Assembly (NCBI GenBank): GCA_949358305.1
Contig: OX442314.1
Location: 13,950,001-14,014,000 of the forward strand
Source of the DNA: Strigamia acuminata
Taxonomy: Eukaryota
DNA length: 64,000 nucleotides
Direction of reading: 5' to 3'
Of this stretch, positions 33,701 to 47,394 are shown one piece after another (positions within the stretch are counted from its first letter, which is position 1; every line of letters starts with the position of its first letter). A model generated the notes under the pieces. The model saw only the letters and a program-made list of their open reading frames with translations, was not told where the DNA came from and searched no databases. The translations under genes were made by a program, and so were the position numbers.

Positions 33701-36700
33701 CAAAATATGTGCACACTATTACCAAATTAACATTTATAACCATGAATTCAAAATTTAAATTAAACGACTTTATGGTTGCCAATGCTTTTTCCGTAAAATC
33801 CAATGCTTTTGAAGGCCATTCTTCCTATAAATTATTCGTAAAAATTGAAAAATACCGTAAGCTTTGTAAACGAAATACCTTTTCACACAGTTCCAAATTT
33901 TTGCAGTACATAATTATCCACTCAGATAAAACAACCTGAAATATTTGTCTTTTGCAATTATTTTTTCAAAGTACAAATAATAATAATACAATCTTTACCT
34001 GTGAGTCGGGTTTGCATTTCAGAATGCTTGGCACAATAGTGCTGAAAAAACACTTCATGTTTAAGTTCAAACTAACAACGTTTAGCAAAGTTTTAATGCA
34101 AGCATCTTGAATTATTTCGTCCTAAAAAAAACGCAATCAATTAATAAATTTATTAATTAATTCCATTAAAAACCTCGTGTCTAAGCCACAGATTCATGGC
34201 CACTGCATCTTTGCCGTCTTGAAAATGTTTGAGAAACTCATTCCGCATGTTACAAGAGGAAAACGATTGCCATCTAGAACTAACAACATAAAACGAGATA
34301 AAACTCATGTTGTGTGTAAAAATAAATCTTTTTTACCTGAAGATCTCTTCTCCAAAAGTGAGTTGAAATGTTTGTAAACGATAAAAGATGCCGTTCAACT
34401 ACATTACAAATTAAATTAGTTATTTTCATAGTGTTAGGTTCTGTTGATTAAAATAACTCACCTGTACAATATCTTTATCCGCATTAACCTTTAATACAAC
34501 AATGTTTTTAGAATTATTTTTACTTAGATTTCATTTAATTTTAAATTACTTTTAATCTAACAGCTTGAAGAAACTTTGTGTGTAACTCTAAAGTTGGCAT
34601 TATTAAATTACGACAACACTCCAGAAGTTGTATCGAATTCTAAAAAGAAAAAAATCAAAATCAAAATAATGTTTTACTCAAAATTGCTTGATATTACATT
34701 TAAATGGGAAAGACAATTAAAGAGAGATGATTCTAGTTCGTCTGTGGTCTCCTTAGGCAGTGCGCAATACTTATCATACATTATGTCTTCAAAAATGCAA
34801 TTCAGTTGAGTCCAGTAAATAACCTAAACCAAAAAAACATTACAATTTTTTTTTTTTTTTTACAAATTTAATATTCTGTCATACCTCTTTATCCAAATTA
34901 AACAAATCTGCAAACTGTGCAGCTTCTGTAAATTTTTTTTTCTTAAGAAGCCTAGAAAGCCTGTTAATAAATAAATGTTTTAAGTAAAGAATTCAAAATA
35001 AAATAAATTAATGTTTCACACACTTAGCTTCTGGTTGCATTTCTTGAACACATTTTATTTTTACACTTGTTATAAGATTCACTTCGGATGGCCTTCCATA
35101 AAAAACAAAACAATATTATATACTATAAAAATAACTCAAAAAAGAATACTCACTTTTGTGAGTCAGAAATACCCTCCATTATAAATAAGTTTTCCTAAGA
35201 TTAAACCAATATAAAATTAACATTTTAAATTTGATTTAACAACTAGTGTATTGTACTGACTTGCTGCGCAGACATTCGCACGAATGAAGAATATTCCGAC
35301 AACTTTGCGGTGTAAACAATTTCAAAGGTGGGAAAATTGAACATCTGTAACTCAGAGCCATGTTCACCCGGCAAAGTCAGAATCAACAACTTATCAGTTT
35401 CTCTTTCCAATTTGGTTCTAAAATATATTTATCATTATAATTTTAATTTAATATTACAGTTATCTCTAATACCTGTTAGACTCCCAAAACATAAAATCAT
35501 TAACTTTCATATGAAACCACGATTTAATCACTACCAACGACCGTGAGCACAAAAAATGCAAAATATTCTAAAAAATAAAAAAAAATCAGACAGTAAATAT
35601 TGTAAAAGTGATTATAGCTGAAATTCTTCTCACATCAGAATCCAGTACAATTATATAACGACCATCATTTGAAAACTCCGCTTTCAGTAAAAAAGTGCCT
35701 AAAATAATTAAAAAAACATATGATTATATTTTATGTTTAAATAACAAAAAAAAATCGTGAACCATTAAAAACATCACTATCAAGAACTTGCTGTGGTCCA
35801 GACTCGTTTATTATTTTCAGCACAGCGCCGCCTGAACCTGATAGCAAAACTGAAAAATTCTTATTGATATCTGTGTAGGCATTGCAATGGCTAATTAAAA
35901 ATCCATCTATAAAATCAGATAAGGAATCCGAAATCTCAATTTGATCACATAATTCCTGCGCTTGTATCACGTCGCCTTCCTTTAGAGCTAAAGATAATAA
36001 GAAATGAATAAACTTTAGATTCGGTAACAAATACCGGGAGAAAATTATTTCTCGTTTACCTTTGCTTAATTTATCGAGATCAATATTTAAAATTTTATAA
36101 ACGAAATTATTTGAACTGCATATTAATGCTTCATGCAATCCATTACAATTCGAAAACGCAATTTCTTTAAAGCCCGTGTTAAACATGGTCTGCAATCAAA
36201 TGAAATTATGATTAGAGTGTATTTAATAATTTTGTTTCCAACTTACTCGTGATAAAACAGTTTTAATTACTGGGATAAAAATTAATTTCAGTTGTCCGTT
36301 TGATTCTCCGATTAAAATGAAATCCCCACTGACAGCAAAGCAATCGATATTTGAATCTATAAACACAAATTTTTATAAATAAACAAAATTAATTTAATTT
36401 AAAAACAAATACCTGCGCGTAAAGACAACTTTAAGTCGCAATAATTGTCAGCAAAAATGAAGAAATTACTATTAATCGCAACGCAGATCTCTTCGCCGTT
36501 TTTAACGGCCTTTATGTTTGGATTTTGGATAACCTACAATCAGCAGTTAGTTACTTAAAGTGTATGGTTTTATGACAATTTAAAACGTACCGGACCATTT
36601 ACACTGACAGTTGCAATGGTTTGCATTTCGTACATGCAATCATATTTACATAGCCCGAAAGTTTTTGTTATTGTATCTTCATTGTAGATAAACTCAATAT

Positions 36701-36746
36701 CGTCCCATGAAGATCCATTAATCGCTGCCTCATCGTCTTCAGCCAT
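27759..36746 (-). CDS. KNTC1: Kinetochore-associated protein 1 / Rough deal (RZZ complex), many small exons
   Basis: N-terminus MAEDDEAAINGSSWDDIEFIYNEDT resembles the Rod WxDIE start. QPEAKLSRLLKKKKFTEAAQFADLFNLDKEVIY resembles the Rod PENRLSRLL...FxEA..FA..F.LD motif. Long beta-propeller plus helical run; stop TGA at 27759-27761. Internal exons not all resolved. Confidence 0.8.
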
Positions 36747-38362
36747 TTAAAATTATCATAAAGAACTTGAAGTCTTCACAAACTCGGGTCTCAGGAACCC
36801 GTTATTGAAGTTAGCGCCCAACCACACAAAGCCAATAGATGTCGCTCGTGGTCGCTACGTAGTCATCATTTTATTTATTTTTAAATTTTTCAAAAATTGT
36901 AAATTAATTTATTTATGCAAAAATTTAGAAAAGTGAATTCAATGCTGGTGCTGGCAAAGAAGGTAAAACCACATCGTTCGATGTCTGACAGCTTTCAGCT
37001 GACGTTCCTGGCTCGGACAACATTCCGTCCACCCTAGGACCCAGGAGACATCGTAAGAATATATCCCGAGTCCTAAGACAGAAGCTAAAAAGTAAATAAT
37101 CAATAAAAAAAAGAATGCCGATACGTAACGAATAAAACCAAAAATTTTCATACTTTTATCTAGAAATGGTTCAACATCACGATTTCCATGCACGTGTGTC
37201 TCACGAAATATGATCTTTTCAATTTTGGTACTAAAAATTTGACACATGAAAATTGTTTGTGTATACAGTAGTAGCAAATCAAGATAGACATTATTTTCCA
37301 AAAACAAAGTTGTAGCAGAGGAGCATCATTTATTTAGTTTAATAAAAATGTTGAAAAATTGAAAAGAATGTTTTCTCAATCAATCAAAACTGTATTTTCA
37401 AATTTTTGTAGTTAATTAAACCTGTCACACTTGTGCATAAAATATAACAAAACCTGCGCCAGGATCTGTACACCGGGTAATTTCAATAAAGAAGTGACAG
37501 ATTACATACATTTAGACCAAGTTAATTATGTTGAAAAGGCAAGGAAATCAAAATGTTTTAGGTAAAATCCAAAAAAGTATTTCTTAAATTTTTAGAAATA
37601 AATATCCAAACGATGACAACGCACGAGTAGTCAATTTGGTGATACATTCTCAAAAAGAAATAAAAAATCATCCTCCCATGTTAAGAGATAAATTTGTTAT
37701 ATTTCCTACAAGTTTTTTGTTTGACAGTAGTTGTCATTTTTATTTATTTTCAAATTTATATTAAAATATTCCAAACTTGAAAAGAAAACTTGAAGATACG
37801 ATTATGGGAAATAAATGATTTATTGTAAAGAAAAGCAGTGACTACTTACAGTTTCTTTTGTTTTTGTTAAAAAAAGATTACATGCGTATTTTTGAAGTAC
37901 AAATGACTTTGCATTGCTACAGTCTATATGCTTTGCTACAAATAATGACACAAATTTCAGCGCATGATTAGTTTTACAACTTTTTTTTTGTTTTTTTTGT
38001 TTAAATAGTAATGAAATTATGAAATAATGAAACTTTGTTAATGATGTGAACTTCTTACATTTGCATATGTTAATATTTTAATTTTAGAATTTGGTTCTGG
38101 CGTCACATTTAATGAGTCGGTACAATACAACGATAATCACGCCTCACCCATCTACTAAATTCAGTAGACAAACACATCACTTTAAAAAATCCCGGTAATT
38201 TAAAACAGAACAAAATACAAAACAAAAATTCATTAATTGCTTTTCAACTCCAAATACAATACCAGAAATAGTTAGCGCGTGACAACAAAACTAAATTTTA
38301 CAAGAAATAAATCAAAAAAACCCTTCAATAGTCGCTTCAAAGTGGACAATAATTTTTTCTTT

Positions 38363-41222
38363 TTAGGACTGCGGTTCTGAGTCCATAGCCAAGAGAGCCT
38401 CGACAGTTTCCAGCGGAAAGCTTTGATCGGATGGCAATTGAACAGTGGTGGTCGTACCATCTCCATTTTGAACAATAACTACATTTTGTGGCATGATATT
38501 AGTCGTGTACTCCGGCAACTCGGCCAAGCCTTCTAACTGGCTGTTACTTAACACGTGTCCCTCGGGTATCATAACTTGCCTCACCACCTCTCCGTCCTCG
38601 TTCCTATGACACAATACTTGGCCGATAATAGTTTGACCGTTGGCGTCTTGCAGAGTTATGTATTGCGAGTTCCCACTTTCACTAAGATTAATTAATTTAC
38701 TGCTTTCGGCGTCGGCTAAAAATATTCGAGTCGAATTTTCATTATCCAATTCGGCTTCAGAACTTTTCTCAGCCTTAACGTCCTGCGTGAACTCAGTTAA
38801 TATTTGATTGTTTTCGGTCGCCTCCTCAATGTTACTCGGATTAATAAATGCGGTCTCAACAACTTCAGTCATGTTCCCTATATTTTCGAACTCTTGAGGT
38901 TTATCGTTCATCACAACCTTCTCCTCGACGGTCTCGGAAGGCAACGGCTGAGTTTCTACGTTTTCGGTCGCCACATCGGGTCTGTCTTGGAACCCATTAT
39001 TGCTGTTAGTCGTCGTTGCAATCTGAACAAAGTCTAGCGAATCTTCTTGCGACTCTTGCAGAATCTCCATCGGCAGCAGATTGATATTTGTCTCGTTTAT
39101 GTCGGACGCTTTTGCTTCGTTTTCTGCATTCGAGCTGATTCGTCGTCGTTTCATCGGTGATGACACTACAATGTCTTCGGCCGCTACGACCTCGATGGTT
39201 CTACGAGTTGCGTGAGTCCGTTTAATCTCCGTCGGATCTGTGGTCAGCATCTTATATCGAAATACCGGAACTTCGGGCTTCTGCATTTCCTTAACATTAT
39301 ATTGTCCAACAGATAATCCCAGCATTCCGGCCAGATGATTATTTGTCAACTAGAAAGAGAAGTTTAAAAAAAATTTGAACAAAAAAATTGATAAAACTTA
39401 AAAATAAAACGCAAAACCTCGTAGTTTGAATTAATAGTATTGTCGTTGGCTTCGGCCGGGTCTTCAGGTACCAGTGTCATATATTCTTGCGCAACATTTT
39501 GTGCTTGTTTAATTAAAGATTCGAGTTCTTTACATATATCTGGAATCGAGGTTCGAGTGGGCGATCCCTTTTCGCATTTCATCAGTAAAAATTCCCAGAC
39601 ACTGACAACTTCGGCCAATCGAGGCAACACGGTCTCCATTAATTCTTCATTTTCACAATGCTTAATTAACTGAAATAAAAAATAATAAAAAAAATATTTA
39701 TTTGTGTTTAAAAAAAAAGAAAATTCGAATTTATTTCGTTTTACTTCTTCTAATTTCGCCTTCCGACGCAAAGACGCAATTTCGTGACTACTCGGTCGTC
39801 CTCTACCGCGTTTCGCCGGCATTGGAGTAGATGTAATCATTGTCGGTGTTGACGATGAAGGCAAAATCGCATCATTCGATGCCTGACTGCTTTCGGCCGG
39901 TGTTCCTGGCCCGGACAACATCCCATCCACCGACGCAGTGGAAGCTAAATAAAAAATATTTTAAAAATTAATTCCAATTCAAAACAAAAAGCAAACAATT
40001 CCGTACTTCCGGCCATTTCTGGTTCAATATCATCGACATTTCCGTGCCCGGGATACAATCTGTAATGACGTGAAAGTCCTCCACGGCCAATATACGATTT
40101 ATCGCAACTACCGCATCGATATCGACGCGACTTGGACGTGCTCACCCCACCTAAAAACAAATAAAAATAAATAAAAAATAAATAAAAAACAATTTAAAAT
40201 TTTTTCGTCCAATTAATTGAACCTGTAGTCGCAGCGGAAGACGTGGAGCTTCTCGATCCATCATCCTCACCACTGACGTGATAATCCGAATAACCTCCAT
40301 CCGAATCGTCGTACGGCTCGTCGTCAAAATCCAAATAATGAATCCGTTTATAATCCTTCACCATATGTTTCGGCGGCTTCGATATCCGTCCTGACCTCGT
40401 CCTGGGCCTGTGCTTCTTCTTCTCCTCTTTCTCCTCGCGCGACATCTCCGGCACGTCCGTCTTCTCTTCAACATCTTCGAACCTTCTTCCCCACGGCTTC
40501 CTCGGTCTCCCTCGTCCCTTCACGATGCTCGTCGCGGCGGCCTGTACTTTAACTGCAGTCGCTGTGGTTACATTTTTCGACTTATTATTTAAATCAGACG
40601 GATATATAATGCGATAAACAATACGAGTATTGGTCGCAGCGTTGTACAAAACACTGGTGGATCCGTTCGGTGAGAGTTGAGAGAGCTGTTGCTGCTGCTG
40701 CAACACTTGTGCAATTTGCTGCAACTGCTCCTGCGACAACATTTGCGTCGAGTGATATGTGTTGCCTTGCTGTATGATTTGAATTGGGTTTTGACTCGAG
40801 CCGATCGGAGCTGCTAAGGTGGTGGTGGTGGTGGAAGTGGTCGCATTTGTCGCGGTTCGTGGAGTCGTTGCGAATACGCGCACGGTCCCGGGCGCGGCGC
40901 TCGTCGATGTCACCGTATTGTTGACATTGGTGGCCGCGTCGGGCTCGCCTTCCTCCAAACCTTCGTCCATTTCCTCGTCGGGCTCGCCGTCGCCAACTCC
41001 GTCCACACGATTCGGATCTCCATGGACAACGGCGACTGCATTTTCCACGTTTTCGTATTCAATGTTGGTTTGCGGGTCGAATTCTTCGGAAGCCTCTTGT
41101 AACGCTTGTTGTAAGATGTCAGCACTAACGGATCCGTCTTCATCTTTGCTTTCCGTTACGAGAACAGTATCTGGCGCCAAGGTACCCTCGACCATGAGGA
41201 CTTGTTGTGATTCGACCGCCAT
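38363..41222 (-). CDS. ZNF839: ZNF839-like protein (single C2H2 finger, AT-hook-like GRP motifs)
   Basis: Exons 41222-40223, 40150-40007, 39944-39745, 39669-39418, 39349-38363. RTRSGRISKPPKHMVKDYKRI and CGSCDKSYIGRGGLSRHYRLYPGH resemble ZNF839 motifs; KGRGRPRK and RGRGRP present. Confidence 0.8.
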
Positions 41223-41906
41223 ATTGAGACGCGATCGGTGGATTTGTTTGTTACGTTCAAATCTTTTAAAAATTAATTATACTTTTACCATGGAGGATAA
41301 AAGTAAAGTGAAGAAAAATTTAACGAAATAAGTATAACTTCCCCAATCAACGCGCAGCCTTCGAACTACGTCACGTCTTTCTTTGACGTGAAAAGTGAAG
41401 GTGGTGCAGTAGATGTTTCCGGAAATGGACGCGAGGTAACGGGTCGATCGACGTTGGGTATTGGCGCCCTCATGTGAGCAAAATTGGAATTTAAATTTGA
41501 AAATAAAACTACGGTAGGCTAGAATGGACATTACTTTTAGGTTTCAAAAATGCGATTTAATCGAATTTAATCCAGCATAGAGTGTAATTATTCACACAAA
41601 ACAGAATTACTCAATCAAACAACGATAAATTTAACGAAAATAAATACTCTGGAATTATTTTTAGGCCGGATTTAATTTTAATATGAGAAAAACAAATCAA
41701 CATCAAATGTTGATAAAGTACATCTTCATTCTTCAATATTTATCTCATCGGTTTCTTTTTGTCCATGTTTGACATGGCGCAAATAAAATGAATGAAATAA
41801 AAAAAAACACGATACGTGACTGCACATGACCCGAGGTGCGAATTCCCCCGAGACCCAAGGCCACGACCCACATGGATATGGGGGAACAAAAAGACTCGGG
41901 GGAATG

Positions 41907-41941
41907 AAAACAAAAACAAAAACAAAAACAAAAACAAAAAA
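41907..41941 (+). repeat. (AAAAAC)n microsatellite following a GC-rich stem-loop
   Basis: AAAACAAAAACAAAAACAAAAACAAAAACAAAAA seen directly. Confidence 0.85.
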
Positions 41942-41957
41942 GGCAATTTATTTTATT

Positions 41958-42570
41958 TTATTTCTTTTTCATCACAGTTTTATTATTCTTAATGTCCGAT
42001 TTTTCCGTAACTATGTTTCCAACAGGAAAAGTCTTTTTTGTGGTGTTAATTTTGCTTATTACGGAATTTGGTGGTTTCTGAGTGCTCCTAAACGTGGGTA
42101 AACTTTTAATTGTGGTATTACGTTTCACTGGTAAAGTTACTGGTTTTGTCACATTAGATGTCTTTACTGCTGGTTTTGGTTTCATCACACCAGTAACATT
42201 CTTTGTAGGAAGTTTCACTGTATTAACCGGTTTCCGAGTTGGTTTATTTTTTGAAGGAATCGAGATAAATCCTTCCATTTCAGGAGAAAATTCTTTCCAG
42301 CCATGATGAGTTTCATTCACAGTACTCCATACCTTAACTTCGGCAGCCCAGGATCCGTATGTTAAATTTAATTCGTTCTCCTGAGATCGAACTGCTGTTG
42401 CTAAAATTTAAACATTTAACATCACGTCATGCTTGACAACTTTCAAATAAATTCTTACCAGAAGCAACAAATTTTCCATCAAAAATCAAAACAGCAAAAA
42501 CTAGTGGAACACATGCACAAAAATTCCGGATAATTGAATTCCGGTATTCTAAACTCCTAAAATAAACCAT
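41958..42570 (-). CDS. Hypothetical basic Lys/Thr/Pro-rich protein with an N-terminal hydrophobic segment (about 184 aa)
   Basis: Exon 1 42570-42459 (MVYFRSLEYRNSIIRNFCACVPLVFAVLIFDGKFVAS, GTAAG donor) splices in phase 1 to 42400-41958, which is in frame with ORF 41958..42320. No recognised domain. Confidence 0.55.
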
Positions 42571-43114
42571 ACCGCGTGTATGTAACAAAAACCATTAACC
42601 TAATGATGCTTATCTGTGTTGGGCGTATATCTACCTTTACCTACGCAATTGATAACGCTTATCATACGTCTGAAATGATGATGCGGTAACACGTTATCTA
42701 TTTATTTTAGATTGTGAAATTTTCGAGTAAAAATTAAAAAAAATAAAGTGAATTAATAAAAATCCTCGTCCTTATTTTCCATGTTAACAAAACACATATA
42801 CGGGTGAGCAATGTTGCGAGCAGAGTTTTTGTGCGTCGCTGATCAAGACTTGCTTCTTGGAGTGATTGAGCAGGAAGTTAGGGGAAATGACCGCTGGTCA
42901 AAACTTGCACTTACGCTTGCACTTGCTCAGTCAGACCCAAAGACTCGGTCTGAGACAGTGGGCCATGTCCCCAAGAAAACATTATTTGGATTTCAGTTCC
43001 ATTATGACGAATTTATTGACAAAATAAGCGATTTGAAAGAAAGTAAGTTTAATCAAAAATTATATTTATTCTTCTTTCTTTTCTTTTAAATGTTTTCTCC
43101 AATTATTTTACAGC

Positions 43115-45181
43115 ATGAAATTACACAGAAATGCATGGTTTAATGCCATTACCCTCTGCAAGTATTTATTTTGTGGACTAATAGTGAACCTTTTACACGT
43201 TCAATCAGTTCCGTGGACCATTTGGCCAAATAACTTTCACCAGCATCACCACCACATGAAATCATTCCCCGCTTGGGTGAATCCCACATTCAATCACCAT
43301 CCGCCCTTTAACATGCACCACTCTCCTTTTCCTGAACAGTACCACGTGCTGCCGCCGCTACCGTATCAACACGACCTTAATTCAAGAAATGATTTCCAAA
43401 ATTATGAATATTTATCCTCTCAACCGGCGCCACCGGTCGAAACAAGTGAAAATTACCCATCGATGAACCACAGCAGCACGGCCTTTAAAGTATCCAATCC
43501 AATCGTGCGGCACGTGTCCACAAAAAACAGCAAAGATCGTAAATCCAACTTAATGCTCTACCAAGCACCTCCTTCGTATGACCGCATTATGGATCCTCCA
43601 CCGTCAATTTTAATAACTTCTCGACCGTTCAGTGTGACCACAACAACGGAAAAAAACTCCGATTTCGTTGCCGGCGAAGTAAAACTTGCAAGTTCTCCTC
43701 AAGTCCAGTTTAAACCGCAACAAAATATCGCTACCGATGGAAATTACGGACCGAATTGGAAAACCGGAGTCACTCTAAAAGTGTCTTTAAGGCCAGGGAG
43801 TTGGACGAAATCAAAAAGACCAACTATTTCCGACCAGATGAAGCAATTCCTACCGGAGCTCAAATACTACAAGAAAGGACTGAAAGCAATCGACGTAAAC
43901 CAAATAAAAAACAAGGTCGAAAAGTACGTTTTGGTGTCGAAAAAAGAGCCCGACATGGTTCATGAAATGGAGACGAGACCATCCATCACGATAATGGCTA
44001 ACGACCTTTTAGTTTATCCTCAAGATTCCTCCCAAGACTCGACCAAAGAGAACAAACTCCCGGACGAATGGGACAATGACAGCGAGGAAGGGCAAGAATT
44101 TCTTCATAACGACGTGCCTGCTATACAGAAAATTGAAGTGATTAGACCAAGCACTCATTCACCTTTAATAATGACTACAAATGCGATTAAATCCCCACCA
44201 AAGTCCATCGAAGATATCGTCGCAGAAGTATTTGCCACTGCATCGCCTTCAACAGACGAAGAAATGGATGAAAAAGGTTCGAGCCAACATGAAAAAGGAC
44301 TGAGTGATTTATTCGACTTGATTTATGCTAGAAATACTAGCAATAACGATAATTCGCTGCTTAAAGCTGAGCCCAAAGACAGGGAACGGTTGAACACGAC
44401 TGTGCAACTAATTACGGCACCACCAGACTTCCTTCCACTACCAGAACTGGTAAAAACCATAACGATAAGCAATAAAGGTGGTAATAGTGTCAGTAAAGCG
44501 AGCAGTGTTAAACCGTCGTCGTCGGAAGAGATGACTACCCCAGTTGTACCTGAATTGACAAATCCAATTACATCAGAAAATGGCCGCTCCGAAGAAATGA
44601 TAATTCGATGTCAAGGAATGTGGTGTCATCACTCGACCCCACAAACCGAACCTGTAGCTCTTCAAAGTCAGCAGAATTGGGAAAAAACAGGAAATGAAAT
44701 TAATCCCCATGACGATGCTCCTCAGGTGGACCCGTTGCTAAGTTACTTAGGCCTTGCGTGGCCTCAACACGATAGGCAAAGCAAAACAATACAAAGCACC
44801 CAACCGACTACTACAGAGGTTTTGGAAACAACTACTACGACACTTGGGATAGATATGATGACTGAACAGCTGGTCGCTAATTCGTCGCCATTACCGTTAC
44901 CGTATTTTAAGGAAAATGATGTCGGGACTTCGATTCCTGTAGACGATAGGCCTAAGTATAAAGAGTTGAAGGATTTCAAGCATGGAGAGAATGACATTAA
45001 CACATCAACGTCTCCAGTGACCCAAGTGTCTCGCGAACACCTAGAGGCAGTGTTTAATGCCCTTGGTCATGGCTTTGGCCAAGTTATGTCTATTGTCATG
45101 CCTTTGGCGTTGCCCATTCACAAAGAAAATGACCTGAGTGAATCATCAGGTTTAAATTTAGATTTCAATCATTTTTTCTGA
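43115..45181 (+). CDS. Hypothetical secreted His/Pro/Thr/Ser-rich protein (688 aa)
   Basis: 2-kb uninterrupted ORF in AT-rich DNA, signal-like N-terminus, His-rich then low-complexity body. An acceptor-like TTTTACAG lies just before the ATG and AATAAA at about 45312. Confidence 0.75.
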   Translation: MKLHRNAWFNAITLCKYLFCGLIVNLLHVQSVPWTIWPNNFHQHHHHMKSFPAWVNPTFNHHPPFNMHHSPFPEQYHVLPPLPYQHDLNSRNDFQNYEYLSSQPAPPVETSENYPSMNHSSTAFKVSNPIVRHVSTKNSKDRKSNLMLYQAPPSYDRIMDPPPSILITSRPFSVTTTTEKNSDFVAGEVKLASSPQVQFKPQQNIATDGNYGPNWKTGVTLKVSLRPGSWTKSKRPTISDQMKQFLPELKYYKKGLKAIDVNQIKNKVEKYVLVSKKEPDMVHEMETRPSITIMANDLLVYPQDSSQDSTKENKLPDEWDNDSEEGQEFLHNDVPAIQKIEVIRPSTHSPLIMTTNAIKSPPKSIEDIVAEVFATASPSTDEEMDEKGSSQHEKGLSDLFDLIYARNTSNNDNSLLKAEPKDRERLNTTVQLITAPPDFLPLPELVKTITISNKGGNSVSKASSVKPSSSEEMTTPVVPELTNPITSENGRSEEMIIRCQGMWCHHSTPQTEPVALQSQQNWEKTGNEINPHDDAPQVDPLLSYLGLAWPQHDRQSKTIQSTQPTTTEVLETTTTTLGIDMMTEQLVANSSPLPLPYFKENDVGTSIPVDDRPKYKELKDFKHGENDINTSTSPVTQVSREHLEAVFNALGHGFGQVMSIVMPLALPIHKENDLSESSGLNLDFNHFF

Positions 45182-46099
45182 GTTGCAAAATGAATGATTG
45201 TCAAAACCAGTGTTTTTTAAATGATTAAACTTGCATTTATTTGTGATGTAACAACACAAGACACAACCATGTCATGTTTTTGTGGAACATTTGTGTATTT
45301 ATTATTTGTGTAATAAAATAAACATAAACCTGATTAAAAATGTATTATTACTTATTAAATGAATTAAATTTAATTCAAGATCTATCATGTCAACAAAAAA
45401 TCATATTTTTTTTTAGTCTTAAAAGATTTCAATTCTTTAGTCTTGCCCAAAGAACATGGAGGTTAATTAGGTCCAATAATACAACGAAATAAAAACGTAC
45501 TCTAGTAAAAACTTAAGAATCGCGGATCACTGATTTTTATTTTTATTTTATTTTTTTCAACTATTTCTTCCCACACGCAATGCTTCAATTTCGTTTGCCC
45601 CGCAAACCAACGACAAATAAACATCGACATTAAAAGAAATAGAAGGAATAAAAAAAAAATCATAATTGGATGGTTGATGTGAACGAAGCCAGAACATTCC
45701 CATTGATTATTGCAAATTGCTAAAGAGTAAAAATAGTATCCGAAGGGTGCACTTGGGTGCGACGCCCTCATGTTACGACCTGCAGCCAACATCTGTCAAG
45801 GTCGGATGCATCTCTCTCTCTCGTAACACACTGCTTTTTCACTGCGCTCACAAACTGTCCCAAATCTTCACAGACCAACACGAGTTTCGGTGTCTTCGCA
45901 ACATCCACAAGCACCGCGGTATATGCGGTGGCCAAAACCAGCCGAGATGAACACCTTTCGGTAAAACAATAACGAATTACTCGCAAAAAAAACTAATGAT
46001 TCTAATAATTTATTAACAATTTCTCTAAAAACAAGTTTCTTCCCGATATTGCTCACGTTCTCACCACTTCTTGCCTACGAACTATACGACTCGCTCGCA

Positions 46100-46984
46100 A
46101 TGAACATTTTACCTCAATTATTATGCACTCAAAATGGCGAGTGTTCAACAGTTTCATTTATTCCCGAGGAACCGGAAGTCACAACAGTTTGGGATAACTC
46201 CTACCACGAGTCGATTGCAACGCCAGTTTACGAGGACCCGTGGTATCAACTTGTGGCCAATAGATTTCACGCAATACCACCTCTTCCCTACGAAATGCAA
46301 ACGGTTACTCCCGTTACTAACATCGTTCGTCTCCCAGACCGACAGGCGATCAGGCCATATCGACACCGCCCTGTTGATCCTCCTCAGTTTCCTGTATCCC
46401 TAACTTCAAAAATCGACGCAGTAACTCCCCCAGCCGCCCAGAATTCACCTTTAACCCATTCACCGACCCATGTAACGGTTTCCATACCAAATTCGCACGT
46501 TACCATCTTCAAACTGCTTTTATTGATCGCGTTTGTCGCCGTGCCAATTGTAGCATCGACCTTGCCAATTATAATGCCTCCCAACCAAATGGGCCGCGCT
46601 CGTAGAGACGATGCAGTTGTCAATTGGGCAACTCACAGTGCGACCTTAATTGCTCTAGCACATTTAGCTTCCGATGACCGCTTACCCGAATTGCTCAAAC
46701 TTCATGACGAGGCTTTCGTCGAGGCTTTGAGTGATGCAATTTTGACGCCTTTGGAAAATGATATTGATAATCGAAGGACTAAACAACGTATCAGTGATTC
46801 CGTTCTTAAGTTAATTCAAATCGTTAAATCTTGGGACAACTTTGGGACCGAGGAAAATGAAGAAACGGACGAGGAAGAGGAAACTGTACCGGACAAAACG
46901 ACAGATAGTGAACCCGATAATTACAGCGCTATTGTAAATGGTAAAAAATTGATAGATTTTTTTATAAGACACAGAAGTAAATAA
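46100..46984 (+). CDS. Hypothetical protein ('gene X') with one internal hydrophobic segment followed by GRARR; start uncertain
   Basis: ORF 46049..46984, first ATG at 46100. IFKLLLLIAFVAVPIVASTLPIIM is followed by a furin-like RARR and an acidic C-terminal region. The 3' half is duplicated from 59423 onward. Confidence 0.65.
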   Translation: MNILPQLLCTQNGECSTVSFIPEEPEVTTVWDNSYHESIATPVYEDPWYQLVANRFHAIPPLPYEMQTVTPVTNIVRLPDRQAIRPYRHRPVDPPQFPVSLTSKIDAVTPPAAQNSPLTHSPTHVTVSIPNSHVTIFKLLLLIAFVAVPIVASTLPIIMPPNQMGRARRDDAVVNWATHSATLIALAHLASDDRLPELLKLHDEAFVEALSDAILTPLENDIDNRRTKQRISDSVLKLIQIVKSWDNFGTEENEETDEEEETVPDKTTDSEPDNYSAIVNGKKLIDFFIRHRSK

Positions 46985-47394
46985 ATTATGCTCAACCAAG
47001 ATGTATCAAAGATTATTTCATTTCTTACGCATGCGCAGTAAAGTAAAACTACATCCACGTACAGATAAACGCACCCATTGACCAATCACACTTTTTGTTG
47101 AATACTTTATTTCCTTCCGAAATTAACAAATACGATAGAAAAAAAAACACTTGCACAGGGCTGCTGAGAGACAAAATGACACAACAAACAAACATTGTTT
47201 TAAGCAGCTCCTGTACGTACAATAACTTTTAATTATGTCAAAACAATAAATATATATTTTAAATGTTGTTTAATTGCCTGTAAAACTTTAAACCTAATAA
47301 TAACAAGAACTTAATGTATAATCTTAAACTCCCACAACAGTGCAAAACCGAGTGAAAAAAAACTTGAGGCAGAACAATCACACTTAGTTGTATA

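Noticed and set aside
36939..37307. Less AT-rich island and 122-aa minus ORF upstream of KNTC1
   Set aside because: No recognisable protein or RNA motif and no confident start; left unassigned.
40819..41331. 170-aa plus-strand ORF
   Set aside because: Antisense shadow of the low-complexity first exon of the ZNF839-like gene.
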